Shown: positions 37,774 through 49,020 of the stretch, piece by piece
Layout: each line of letters opens with the position of its first letter
How positions within the stretch are numbered: position 1 is the first letter of the stretch
Assembly: GCF_028368995.1 (NCBI RefSeq)
Contig: NZ_JAQNDL010000002.1
Span: forward strand, 1,248,001-1,312,000
DNA length: 64,000 nt
DNA from: Nannocystis bainbridge
GTDB lineage: Bacteria > Myxococcota_A > Polyangia > Nannocystales > Nannocystaceae
Direction of reading: 5' to 3'
Notes under the pieces: generated by a model
Seen by the model: only the letters and a program-made list of their open reading frames with translations
Told to the model about the DNA's origin: nothing
The model's database searches: none
Program-made: the position numbers and the translations under genes

Positions 37774-38193
37774 GTGCGCGCCGAACGGCACCACCGGCTC
37801 TCGCTCGCCTTGCTGGCGGTCTTCCTCGCCTCGGGGCTGTGGCTCGAGGCGATGATCGGGCTGCGCGCGGCCGGGTGGGTCGACGATCCGCTGCGCCGCG
37901 AGTTCCTCCGCCTCGGCCACGCGCACGGCGGGCTGCTGGCGCTGGTCAACCTGGCGATCGCCTGGTCGCTCGGGCAGCTCGCCACGCCCGAGGCCTGGGC
38001 CGGCAAGATCCGCATCGCCGCGCTGCTCGGTGCCTTGCTCGTCGGCGTCGGCTTCATGGCCGGCGGGCTCACCCACGGACCGACCGACCCGGGGCCGCCG
38101 ATCCTCGTGGTGCCGGCCGGGGCGCTGCTGACTCTGGCCGCGGTGATCGCCACGGCGCTGGTCCGGCCCACCGATCGCCCGCCGGGGAGCTGA
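37774..38193 (+). CDS. Hypothetical 4-TM membrane protein with a His-x-His motif
   Basis: Hydrophobic helices and RLGHAHGGLL. TAGATT lies 6 nt upstream of the GTG. Confidence 0.65.
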   Translation: MRAERHHRLSLALLAVFLASGLWLEAMIGLRAAGWVDDPLRREFLRLGHAHGGLLALVNLAIAWSLGQLATPEAWAGKIRIAALLGALLVGVGFMAGGLTHGPTDPGPPILVVPAGALLTLAAVIATALVRPTDRPPGS

Positions 38194-38295
38194 GCGCTCA
38201 GGCGGCGGGCGACCGAAAGCCGACCGCCTGCCTCACGCGTCCTCCCCATCGGGTGTCCGAAGGGGCATGTTCGAGAGGACATGTGCTTTCGACCC

Positions 38296-38328
38296 AACGA
38301 AAACGGCCGGGCTGGTGGGCCCGGCCGT
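38296..38328 (-). terminator. Intrinsic terminator after ftsH
   Basis: Minus strand ACGGCCGGGC-CCACCA-GCCCGGCCGT followed by TTTCGTT, 17 bp past the ftsH stop. Confidence 0.7.
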
Positions 38329-38345
38329 CGTCCTCGCGTCGCCGA

Positions 38346-40265
<1,920 letters not shown>

Positions 40266-40395
40266 GGTGAGAAGGTTCCAGAGCCGTGCCTGGAGCTTTG
40301 CGAGCATAGCGGAAGACGGATCGCCCGGCCAGCCGCGCAGGTCCGGAACGCGCACGCCGGCCGCTCTGCTCGCCGCCTGAGCCCGCGCGTCGGCG

Positions 40396-41424
40396 CTACG
40401 TGGCCGGGATCTGCGCGCCGGGAGCGGCCCCCGCGAGCTTGAGCCCGTGGCGGTCCAGGCGCAGGTGAAGGCCGGGGCGCAGGTGCCAAACATGGGGCCG
40501 GAGCACCGCGCCCGTGCCCCCGAGCGCTGCGGCGCGCGCCATCACGGTGCGGTCGATGTCCTCGATCACGGCCGCTCGCAGCGCGCCGAGGTCGGCGCCC
40601 CCGAGGCCGCAGATCCGGCGCAAGATCCGGGTCCGGACCGCTCGTGGAAGGCGATGCAGATCGTCGGTCGACCACCAGGTGTCCGCGCCGCGCCGCCGCG
40701 CGGCCTCTTCGCGCGCGGCCCAGTCGCGCAGCGCCTCCTCCGCGTCGGCGGCCTGTGTGGCGAGACACACGAGTGCCGCCTCGACGCGGGGGTTGTGAGC
40801 CCGGAGCTCCGGCAGCACGCGCTCGCGCACGCGGATGCGCGGCTGTTCTTCGTCGGTGTTGGTCGGGTCGTCGCACCAGGTCATGCCCATGCGCTCGCAC
40901 AGCGCCCGCGTGCCGGCCCGCGGCAGCTCCAACAGCGGCCGCAGCCACGGCGCTTCCCACGGCCGCATCGCCGCCAGGCCCTCGAGTCCGCAGCCGCGGG
41001 CCGCGTGCATGAGCAAGGTCTCGGCTTGATCGGTGGCGGTGTGACCCAGGGCGATCGCGTCGCAGGCGTGCGCCGTCGCGAACGCAGACAAGGCGGCGCG
41101 CCGGGCCTCGCGGGCCCGCGCGGGCAAGCCCGAACCTGGCGAAAGGGACAGGCGCGTCGAGACGCACGCGAGGCCCCGCTCCGCGGCCGATCGCGCGACC
41201 ACCGCGGCCTCGTCGGCGGACTCGGGGCGCAGGCCGTGGTCGACGTGGGCGACGATCAGCGCGAGCGCCTCGTCGCGGGCGAGGAGGTGGAGCAGGCCGA
41301 CGAGCGCGGTCGAGTCGGCGCCGCCCGAACAGGCGACGAGGAGCCGGTGCGGGGAGCCGGCGGCGCGGAGGCTGCGGCGGACCGGGCCGAGAGCGCTGGC
41401 GATGGTCGGGTGGCGGGGTGGCAC
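40396..41424 (-). CDS. tilS: tRNA(Ile)-lysidine synthetase
   Basis: ACSGGADS PP-loop, HVDHGLR, GHTATDQAET, RPLL, DPTN. Upstream of ftsH. Confidence 0.92.
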   Translation of the reverse strand: MPPRHPTIASALGPVRRSLRAAGSPHRLLVACSGGADSTALVGLLHLLARDEALALIVAHVDHGLRPESADEAAVVARSAAERGLACVSTRLSLSPGSGLPARAREARRAALSAFATAHACDAIALGHTATDQAETLLMHAARGCGLEGLAAMRPWEAPWLRPLLELPRAGTRALCERMGMTWCDDPTNTDEEQPRIRVRERVLPELRAHNPRVEAALVCLATQAADAEEALRDWAAREEAARRRGADTWWSTDDLHRLPRAVRTRILRRICGLGGADLGALRAAVIEDIDRTVMARAAALGGTGAVLRPHVWHLRPGLHLRLDRHGLKLAGAAPGAQIPAT

Positions 41425-41453
41425 GCGCGTGCGGCGATGATACCTTCCCGCCG

Positions 41454-43196
41454 ATGACCTCGCCCGCAGAGCTCCCCGGCGCCGGCCTCGACGTCGCCAG
41501 CGTGCAGAGAGACCCGCTCGTGCTCGAGCAGCGCGACGACCTCCCGGAGTTGATCCCGCAGCTGCCGCCGACCGCGTTCGTGCAGATCGCCCGCGGGCTG
41601 CGCGAGGAGGATCGCCTCGACCTGGTGCTGCCGCACGCGTCGCCCGAACAGCTGACTGCGTTGCTCGACCTCGACGGCTGGGAGCGCGAGCGGATCGCCG
41701 TCGACAAGGCGCGCGGGTGGCTGGTGGCGATCGCCGACGCGTACATCGCGGCCGGCAAGCCCCGCGGAGATCTGCGCACCGTCATCGAGGACATGGATCC
41801 CGAGATGTGGACGATGGCGCTGTTGCCCGGGACGGCGGTCTACGAGCTCGATCCGGAGGACAACGAGCAGCGCGACCAGGCGATGGCGGCCGTCGACGCG
41901 CTGTTCCCCTACGAGACGCCCGACGGCGGCTTCGTCGTCGCGGTGCCCGACAACACGCTCGGGCACATGGTCGTGCACGTGCTCGAGCGGGTCTACGCCG
42001 ACGACCTGCAGACGGGGCGCCAGTTGACGCTGTCGCTGCGCGGGGCGCTGCCGGCCCAGCTCGAGGAGGATCTGCTGCGCTGGCGCAGCGGTCGCCTCGC
42101 CGACCTCGGGTTCGTCGCGTGGGAAGAGGCGATGAAGCTGTTCCGGCCGCTCGACGCCAAGTCGGCGCGCGAGGTCGCGGCGGCGCCGGCGGCCGCGGCT
42201 CCGCGCGAGGGCGAGGCGCTGCCGGCGGCGTTCCCGTCGCCGTCGGCGGGGCTGCTGCGGCGGGTGCTCGGCGGGCTGGTGGCGGGCGAGCAGGGCGTGC
42301 GCGCGCGCGAGTTCACGCTGCTCGTCAACGAGCTGATGTCCGCCCAGCGCAGCGAGCCGGGCGACGCCAAGGCGCAAGAGCGGGCGTTCCATCAGGCCGA
42401 GGCGACGGTGAGCCTGGGCCTCGAGGTGCTGGTGGTCGGGCTGAGCCTGCCGCCGGCCGAGGTCGACCCGTTCCTGGCCGGGCGGATCGCGGCGCTGGGG
42501 CTGCGCGGGGTGTTCCGCGTCGGCTACGGGCCGCTGGCGGCGCTGCGCAAGACGGCGCTGGCGCTGCACCGCGAGGGCCGGGTGTCGCTGACGAAGATCG
42601 GGTCGCTGCTCGATCGGCCGTGGGGACCGGCGATCGAGAGCCTGTCGCGGTGGCTGCCCGAGCTGCCGATCGAGACGGCCAGCGCCGGGGTGCGGCCGAT
42701 CGCCGGCATGCGCGACGTGGCCCGCGCGACCGAGCTGCTGGCGCAGGCCGGGGCGTTGGCGGCGTTGACGTTCGACCCGCGCGGCTACGCGGTCGACCCG
42801 CAGTGGGTCAGCCGCGTCGACGAGCCCGATCGGCTGACGCTCGGCGATCTGCTGCGCACCTCGGCGGTGCGCCGGCAGCTGCCCGGGATGTCCGAAGAGA
42901 CAGCCGCGGCGTTCGCCCCGGTCGACGCCGACGACCTGGCGTGGGCCGCCGATCACCTGCTGGTGAACGGCCGTCTGGCCCCGGTCCTGGCCGCCGACCT
43001 GCGCAAGCGCTGCCTGGCGCTCGGGGTCCCGCAGCACGCGGAGGCGTTCGTGAAGGCGGTCCTGCTGCGACTCGAGGTCGAGCTCGGGGCGCTCGAGCGC
43101 GACGAAGAGGGCACGGTCGACCTGCGGCGCGCGGGCGGGGTGATCACGCCGCAGCGGATCGGCGTGTGGCTCAAGACGGGCCTCAGCGCGAGCTGA
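41454..43196 (+). CDS. Conserved hypothetical protein (DUF6178-like)
   Basis: Long ORF with typical codon usage and motifs LDLDGWER and EEDLLRWRSGRLADLGF. Family assignment is from memory, not verified. Confidence 0.55.
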   Translation: MTSPAELPGAGLDVASVQRDPLVLEQRDDLPELIPQLPPTAFVQIARGLREEDRLDLVLPHASPEQLTALLDLDGWERERIAVDKARGWLVAIADAYIAAGKPRGDLRTVIEDMDPEMWTMALLPGTAVYELDPEDNEQRDQAMAAVDALFPYETPDGGFVVAVPDNTLGHMVVHVLERVYADDLQTGRQLTLSLRGALPAQLEEDLLRWRSGRLADLGFVAWEEAMKLFRPLDAKSAREVAAAPAAAAPREGEALPAAFPSPSAGLLRRVLGGLVAGEQGVRAREFTLLVNELMSAQRSEPGDAKAQERAFHQAEATVSLGLEVLVVGLSLPPAEVDPFLAGRIAALGLRGVFRVGYGPLAALRKTALALHREGRVSLTKIGSLLDRPWGPAIESLSRWLPELPIETASAGVRPIAGMRDVARATELLAQAGALAALTFDPRGYAVDPQWVSRVDEPDRLTLGDLLRTSAVRRQLPGMSEETAAAFAPVDADDLAWAADHLLVNGRLAPVLAADLRKRCLALGVPQHAEAFVKAVLLRLEVELGALERDEEGTVDLRRAGGVITPQRIGVWLKTGLSAS

Positions 43197-43210
43197 GGCC
43201 TCGCGCCGCG

Positions 43211-43285
43211 TGGCCGCGAGGACATGCGCGTTCGGACATGCTCGAACGCGCATGTGCGCACGGACATGTCCGTTCGCGCATGCTC
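43211..43285. repeat. 14-bp-phased motif chain between convergent genes
   Basis: CATG at 43223, 43237, 43251, 43265 and 43279. Confidence 0.85.
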
Positions 43286-43298
43286 GATCGGCCAGGTC

Positions 43299-44819
43299 TC
43301 AGTCGGGCGAGACCGGGAAGTCGCGCACCCGCAGGGCGCGGCCGTCGGACAGCACGAAGCCGACCTGGACGGCGGCGAAGCGGCCGATCTGGCGCAGCTC
43401 GGTGAGCAGCGGGCCGAGGTCGTCGCGGCTCTCGACGGGGATGCCGGCGATCTCGGACACGCGAGCGTTGCGCAGCAGCTCGCGGCCGCGGGAGCGGAAG
43501 ATCGGGGCGTCGGGGCGCAGATCCTTGACGATCGGCTCGCGGCGCGACTCGTCGAGGCGGAGGCCGAGCAGGGCGTCGGCGTCGATGAGGACCTGCTGGT
43601 CGGGCGGGGTGGCGGCGACGGGGATGTTGAACGCGAGGCGGTCCTTGCCGCGCACGACGGTGAGGTTCAGGACCTCGCCGGGGAGCAGGCCGCGCACGGT
43701 GGACACGAAGTAATTGGCGAGCCGCAGCTGGGCCTCGGGGCCGGTGCCGAAGGAGTCGAAGCGCTGGCCCTGGGCCTCGACGATCAGGTCGTCCTTGCGC
43801 AGGCCGGCGGCGTCGGCGGGCCGGCCGGCGAGGACGCGGCTGACGCGGAGGCCGTTCTGGTAGCCGAGCGCGCGGGCCTCGGCGTCGAGCTCGCCGTCGT
43901 GCGGCGCGACCTCGGCCCCGACCTGGCCGGAGCGGGCGCCATGACCGGCGCGCAGGGCCTCGAGCAGGGCCGCGATGTGGTCGATGGGGATGGCGAAGGC
44001 GATGCCCTGGGCGCGCTCGAGGGTGGCGGTGGTGATGCCGACGAGCTGGCCGCGGAGGTTGAAGATCGGGCCGCCGGAGTTGCCGAGGTTGATGGCGGCG
44101 TCGAGCTGCAAAAGCGGGGTCTGGCGGCTGCGCAGGAGGCCGGTGCGGCCGATCGCGGCGACGATGCCCTGCGACACGCTGTGCTCGAGCCCGAGCGGGG
44201 TGCCGACGGCGAACACGGCCTCGCCGACGCGCAGCTCGTGCGAGCGGCCGCGGGTGGCGAAGGCGAACCGCTCGGCGCTGTCGGCCGGCCGCAGGCGCAG
44301 GAGGGCGATGTCGCGGTCGCGGTCGGCGACCAGGAGCTCGGCCGGCAGCTCGCGGCCGTCGACGAAGCGGGCGCGGATCGGCTGCTGGGACACGGCCGAG
44401 GCGTCGGTGATGCCGCCGAGCACGCGCTGCCGCGGGTCGCGGATCTGGCCGGCGACGACGTGGTAGTTGGTGAGGACCAAACCTGTCTCATCGACCAGGA
44501 CGCCAGCGCCGAGAGCGTCGGCGCCGCTGAGGGTGACGACGGCGTCGCGGGTGCGCTCGACGGCCTCGACGAGGCCCGGGCCGCCGTCGCCGCGCGCCTC
44601 GGGGCAGTCGCAGGTGGCCGGGGCGGCGACGGGCGGCAGCGCCGGCACGGGCACGGGCGCGGTGTCGACCGGAGCGGGAGCGCCGGGCGGGGCGGTCTGG
44701 ATGCCGACCAGGACCGCGACCCCGCCGAGCAGCACGCCGAGCACGGCGGCTCCAGCGGCGATCCACAGCGATTCGCCGCGCGCAGGTCGCGGCTCGGGTC
44801 CCGGGGCAGTCGTGGGCAT
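43299..44819 (-). CDS. HtrA/DegP-like trypsin serine protease with PDZ domain
   Basis: N-terminal TM, LTNYHVV, DIALLR, DAAINLGNSGGP, PDZ (PADAAGLRKDDLI). Confidence 0.9.
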   Translation of the reverse strand: MPTTAPGPEPRPARGESLWIAAGAAVLGVLLGGVAVLVGIQTAPPGAPAPVDTAPVPVPALPPVAAPATCDCPEARGDGGPGLVEAVERTRDAVVTLSGADALGAGVLVDETGLVLTNYHVVAGQIRDPRQRVLGGITDASAVSQQPIRARFVDGRELPAELLVADRDRDIALLRLRPADSAERFAFATRGRSHELRVGEAVFAVGTPLGLEHSVSQGIVAAIGRTGLLRSRQTPLLQLDAAINLGNSGGPIFNLRGQLVGITTATLERAQGIAFAIPIDHIAALLEALRAGHGARSGQVGAEVAPHDGELDAEARALGYQNGLRVSRVLAGRPADAAGLRKDDLIVEAQGQRFDSFGTGPEAQLRLANYFVSTVRGLLPGEVLNLTVVRGKDRLAFNIPVAATPPDQQVLIDADALLGLRLDESRREPIVKDLRPDAPIFRSRGRELLRNARVSEIAGIPVESRDDLGPLLTELRQIGRFAAVQVGFVLSDGRALRVRDFPVSPD

Positions 44820-45386
44820 CGCCGGGACAACCTAGCGCGTCCTCGCCGCATTCCCAAACGGCCCGTGAAAGCGCGACCGCGAGGTCTGCGGACGCCGTTC
44901 TCGCGGGCTTTGGGGGCGGCGAGGGCCGTGACGAGCGGCGGTCATCGCTGCGCTCGCGGGGGTCGACGGGCGAGCGGCGATGCTGCGACCCCAGAGTCGC
45001 TCGAAGGCGAAGCATGGTCAGTGCGTGGCTCGGCGTGGATGGGTCGAGGCTGGAGGCCGCTCAGGACGGAGCGTGGACGCGATGCGGGAGCGCGAGGCTG
45101 TCGTCGCCGCCCGCAGCCCGTGGGCGACCGCGCACGGACGACGCCGGAGGTCGATCGCGGATGTCCGACGTGGGGATCGTGCTAGCGTGGCGCGATCGGC
45201 GATCGCAGCCGCGACAGGGCGTCGCGGGCGCGGATCTTCGCCCGGCGCCATGTCATGCTCGGGCCGGTGGGCCGATCCGCGCGCCCGCGTGAGAAAATGG
45301 CCGCCCGGCGGGCGGCGGCGGGGTGAGCCGCGCGCGCGTTTCTGGCATCCTCTCGCACCTGCGGCGCCGCGCCGCGCCGCCAGCCA

Positions 45387-46406
45387 ATGACACTTCAGGC
45401 CACGCACGCAGCCCTGCAGTCCTCGCCCGCTATCCCCGGAACGGCGCTCGAGCAGGCCGTCGGCCTCGTCGCCGGTGAGCTCACCGAGGTGGACGCGCGG
45501 CTCGAGCAGCTGCTCCAGTCGTCGATCGCGATCATCCCGGAGCTCGGCGGCAAGCTGGCGTTCGCGGGCGGCAAGCGGTTCCGACCGCTGGTGACCCTGC
45601 TGGCCGCGCGCGCGGCCGGCTTCATCGACCCGGTGCGGATCACGGTCGCGGCCGTCGGCGAGCTGCTGCACACGGCCACCCTGCTTCACGACGATGTCAT
45701 CGACGCCGGCGAATTCCGGCGCGGGCGCCCGACGGCGCGCCTGCAGTACGGCAACGGCATGGCGGTGCTGACCGGCGATTTCTGCCTGGCGCGCGCGATG
45801 CAGGCGATCGCCTACTCGGGCCGGCTGCACGCGGTGCAGACGCTGTCCGACGCGGTCACGCGCATGGCCGAGGGCGAGGTGGCGCAGCTCGAGATCGCCG
45901 GCGATCCGGCGCCCGACAAGGCCCGCTATTACCTCGTCATCGAGCGCAAGACGGCGGCGCTGATCGCCTGGTGCGCGAGCGTCGGCGGGCTGCCGGCGCC
46001 GGAGCGGGCGTCCTCGCTGTACCGCTACGGGCTCGAGATCGGCTACGCGTTCCAGATCGCCGACGACGTGCTCGACTACGCCGGCGACCTCCACGACACC
46101 GGCAAGGCCCGCGGCCAGGACCTGCGCGACGGCAAGCTGACCCTGCCGCTGATCCTCGCGTGCGAGCGCGACCCCGGGCTCGCGCGCGCGGTCCAGCAGC
46201 TGCTCGCCCACGGGCCGCCGGTCGACGCCGCGGCCGCCGAGGCGGTGGTGGCCCGCGTCGCCGACTCGCCCGGCGTCGAGCTGGCGGCCCGCGCCGCCGA
46301 GGCCCACGCCGAGGCCGCGATCGCCCAGCTGGCCGAGCTGCCGTCGTCGGCCGCGCGCGACGCCCTGGTCGAGCTGGCCCGCAGCGTGTCGCGCCGCGTC
46401 AGCTGA
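45387..46406 (+). CDS. Polyprenyl diphosphate synthase (IspB/HepT-like)
   Basis: GGKRFRP, LLHDDVID, RRGRPT, KTAAL, FQIADDVLD. Confidence 0.92.
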   Translation: MTLQATHAALQSSPAIPGTALEQAVGLVAGELTEVDARLEQLLQSSIAIIPELGGKLAFAGGKRFRPLVTLLAARAAGFIDPVRITVAAVGELLHTATLLHDDVIDAGEFRRGRPTARLQYGNGMAVLTGDFCLARAMQAIAYSGRLHAVQTLSDAVTRMAEGEVAQLEIAGDPAPDKARYYLVIERKTAALIAWCASVGGLPAPERASSLYRYGLEIGYAFQIADDVLDYAGDLHDTGKARGQDLRDGKLTLPLILACERDPGLARAVQQLLAHGPPVDAAAAEAVVARVADSPGVELAARAAEAHAEAAIAQLAELPSSAARDALVELARSVSRRVS

Positions 46407-46426
46407 GCGGGCGGCCGCCGCTCGCG

Positions 46427-46520
46427 CCTGTCGCAAGGAACATGTCGCAAAGAACCTGTTCGCTTCGCCCTGTCGTTTTCGCCCTGTCCCGACGTACCTG
46501 TCCCAAACGACCTGCCCCGA
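46427..46520. repeat. 14-bp-phased motif chain upstream of menG
   Basis: C(C/A)TG at 46427, 46441, 46455, 46469, 46483, 46497 and 46511. Confidence 0.85.
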
Positions 46521-46527
46521 GGACCCG

Positions 46528-47301
46528 ATGACCCAGCCCGCCCCGCTCGCCGAGACCGTCGCCACCCTCGACGCCCACGGGGCCCGCGTGCAGGGGATGT
46601 TCTCCGACATCGCCCGCGGCTACGACCGGGCCAACCGGTGGATGAGCCTCGGCATCGACGTGCTGTGGCGCCGACGCGCGGTCGCCGAGGTGTTGCCCGA
46701 AGAGGCAGGTACGGGCAGCGACGGGGCGCGGCCGCGGATCCTCGACCTGTGCGCCGGCACGCTCGACTCGACGCTCGAGCTGCACCGCCGCTACCCGCAG
46801 GCGGACATCGTCGGCGGCGACTTCTCGGCCGGGATGCTGGCCGTCGGCGAGGCCAAGCTGCAGGGGGAGGCGCGGGCCCGGATCGTCGCCGAGCAGATGG
46901 ACGCGCACGCGCTGCCGGGGCCCGACGCGAGCTTCGACGCGGTGTTCTGCGCGTTCGGGGCCCGCAACCTCAGCGACCTCGAGGCGGCCACGCGCGAGCA
47001 GCTGCGGGTGCTGCGGCCCGGCGGGCGGCTGACGGTGCTCGAGTTCTTCCGCCCGCGCGGGCTGTTCTCGCGCACGTTCCACGCCTGCTACAACCGCACG
47101 GTGCTGCCGGTGGTCGGCTGGGCCGCGACGGGCAACCTGGGGGCGTACCTCTACCTGCCGCGCAGCATCGGCGCGTTCGTGTCGATCGAGGACTACGCGG
47201 CGCTGCTGGAGCGGGTCGGCCTGCGGGTGATCGGCCAGGAGCGCCTGTTCGGCGGGGTGGCCGGGATCGTGCGCGCCGAGCGACCGCGAGGTGAGGCATG
47301 A
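46528..47301 (+). CDS. menG: Demethylmenaquinone methyltransferase (MenG/UbiE)
   Basis: MFSDIARGYDRANRWMSLG, LDLCAGT, FGARN, RVLRPGGRL, YLPRSI. Confidence 0.88.
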   Translation: MTQPAPLAETVATLDAHGARVQGMFSDIARGYDRANRWMSLGIDVLWRRRAVAEVLPEEAGTGSDGARPRILDLCAGTLDSTLELHRRYPQADIVGGDFSAGMLAVGEAKLQGEARARIVAEQMDAHALPGPDASFDAVFCAFGARNLSDLEAATREQLRVLRPGGRLTVLEFFRPRGLFSRTFHACYNRTVLPVVGWAATGNLGAYLYLPRSIGAFVSIEDYAALLERVGLRVIGQERLFGGVAGIVRAERPRGEA

Positions 47302-47464
47302 AGCCGGCCTCGGAGGCGCTCGCGGGGCGCGAGGGCGCGGCCTGCGGTTCGGTCGCGGGGATTCGCGAGGACGCGAGGGGCACGGCCGTGAGGGCCGCGT
47401 CGGGTTCGCGCGTGCGTGGGCTTGGGTGCGAGCGCGCCGGTTCGGCGCACGTGCGAGGTGACGC

Positions 47465-48307
47465 GTGAAGCTGGTCGTGATCGTGACGGGGGCGAGCGGG
47501 GCGATCTATGCCCGCCGGGCGCTGCATGTCCTCGCGGACCTGTGCGCAGGGACAGGGTCGAACGAACCGGCGTACCCGGGCCTCGAGGTCGACTGGGTGG
47601 CGTCGGCGACGGCGCCGCAGGTGTGGCTGACCGAGCTCGGTGAGCCGATGCCGCTCGAGATCTCGGCCCACGTGCCGACGGTGACGGCGGGCGAGCCGGA
47701 CGAGCCGGACGAGCCCGAGGTCCCGCCAGCGCTGCCGAGCGCGACGGCGGCGCGGCGCGAGCCGGGGACGTCGCGGGCGGGGCCGCCGACCGAGTTCTTC
47801 GGCTCGAACGTGTTCGGGCGCATGAGCCAGGCGGTGACCCCGTCGGCCACGCCGACGCTGAAGGGGTCGGCGCGGGAGCCGGGGCCGGCGTCCGAGTCGG
47901 CGCCGAGCCGCGTGCGCCGGTGGGACCGCCAGGACTTCTCGGCCCCGTTCGCGTCGGGCAGCAACGCGCCCGACGCGGTGCTGGTGATGCCGTGCTCGAT
48001 GAGCGCGCTCAGCCGGGTAGCCCACGGCGGCGGCGACGACCTGGCGGCTCGCGCCTGCGAGGTCGCGCTCAAGGAGCGGCGGCGGTTGGTGCTGGTGGTC
48101 CGCGAGACGCCGCTCAGCCTGGTCCATCTGCGCAACATGGTGGCCGCGACCGAGGCCGGGGCGATCATCCTGCCGGCGGTGCCGTCGTTCTATGGGGCCG
48201 TGCGCACGCTCGAGGACGCGGTCGACACCGTGGTCGCGCGCGCGCTCGATCACGTCGGGCTGCGCGTGCCGCTGACCCGCCGCTGGGGCGATCCGGAGAG
48301 CGCATGA
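47465..48307 (+). CDS. ubiX: UbiX-family flavin prenyltransferase with an internal Pro-rich insertion
   Basis: VTGASGAIYA, FSAPFASGS, PCSMSAL, ALKERRRLVLVVRETP, PSFY. Confidence 0.88.
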   Translation: MKLVVIVTGASGAIYARRALHVLADLCAGTGSNEPAYPGLEVDWVASATAPQVWLTELGEPMPLEISAHVPTVTAGEPDEPDEPEVPPALPSATAARREPGTSRAGPPTEFFGSNVFGRMSQAVTPSATPTLKGSAREPGPASESAPSRVRRWDRQDFSAPFASGSNAPDAVLVMPCSMSALSRVAHGGGDDLAARACEVALKERRRLVLVVRETPLSLVHLRNMVAATEAGAIILPAVPSFYGAVRTLEDAVDTVVARALDHVGLRVPLTRRWGDPESA

Positions 48308-49020
48308 CGCCCGCCGAGCTGGCGCGCCTGTTCGACCAGCCGGCCGAGGCCGGGGCCCGCGCGCAGGCGGCCCGCGCGAGCCATTTCGGGCGCCGGGTCC
48401 AGGTCCGCGGGACGCCGCCGCACCCGCCGCCGACCGTGGCGGCGCTGCTGCGCGGGGCGGGCCCGGTGGTGGTCGATCTTCCGGGCTGGTCTCAAGAGCA
48501 TGTCGCAAGGGCCATGGCCGATGCGACAGGGCGCTCGGGACATGCCGAATCGGACATGTCCTCGGGGACATGTGCGAGCGCCGCTCCCGGGTGGCCGGAG
48601 CCGGCGGCGCTGCGGGCCGGCGACCGCGTGGTGCTGCAGGTCGATCGGGCGCGGCTGGGCGACTACTTCGAATACCTGGTGCGCCTGGCCGCCGCGGCGC
48701 CGGAGGGGCTGTCGGTGGCGCCGTACTGCGCGCTGGCGGGCGGGCTGATGCGCCTGCACCTGATCGCGGCGGCGCGCGTGGCCCTGCCGGGGCGGGTGCG
48801 CGTCGAGGCGCGCCACGACTTGCTCGGCATCCGCCTGGCCCAGGTCGCGCTCGGGTTCGGCGCCGACACGCTGGCCGGCCCGCTGGCGCAGACCCGCAAG
48901 CTGCCGCTGGCCGGCGTGCCGCGGCCGGACGAGGCGACCCCCGCCGGTCTGGCGGCGCTGATCGAGCGGGCCGGGCTCGAACCTGTCCTTGACGACATGA
49001 CCTCGGAGACATTGCCATGA
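48304..49020 (+). CDS. Degenerate MqnE/CofH-like protein lacking the radical-SAM cysteine motif
   Basis: C-terminus GIRLAQVALGFGADTLAG...LAALIERAGLEPV parallels MqnE GVKTAQIALSFGVDDLDG...LVRLIREAGRTAV. No CxxxCxxC. Overlaps ubiX and mqnE (ATGA). Confidence 0.6.
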   Translation: MTPAELARLFDQPAEAGARAQAARASHFGRRVQVRGTPPHPPPTVAALLRGAGPVVVDLPGWSQEHVARAMADATGRSGHAESDMSSGTCASAAPGWPEPAALRAGDRVVLQVDRARLGDYFEYLVRLAAAAPEGLSVAPYCALAGGLMRLHLIAAARVALPGRVRVEARHDLLGIRLAQVALGFGADTLAGPLAQTRKLPLAGVPRPDEATPAGLAALIERAGLEPVLDDMTSETLP

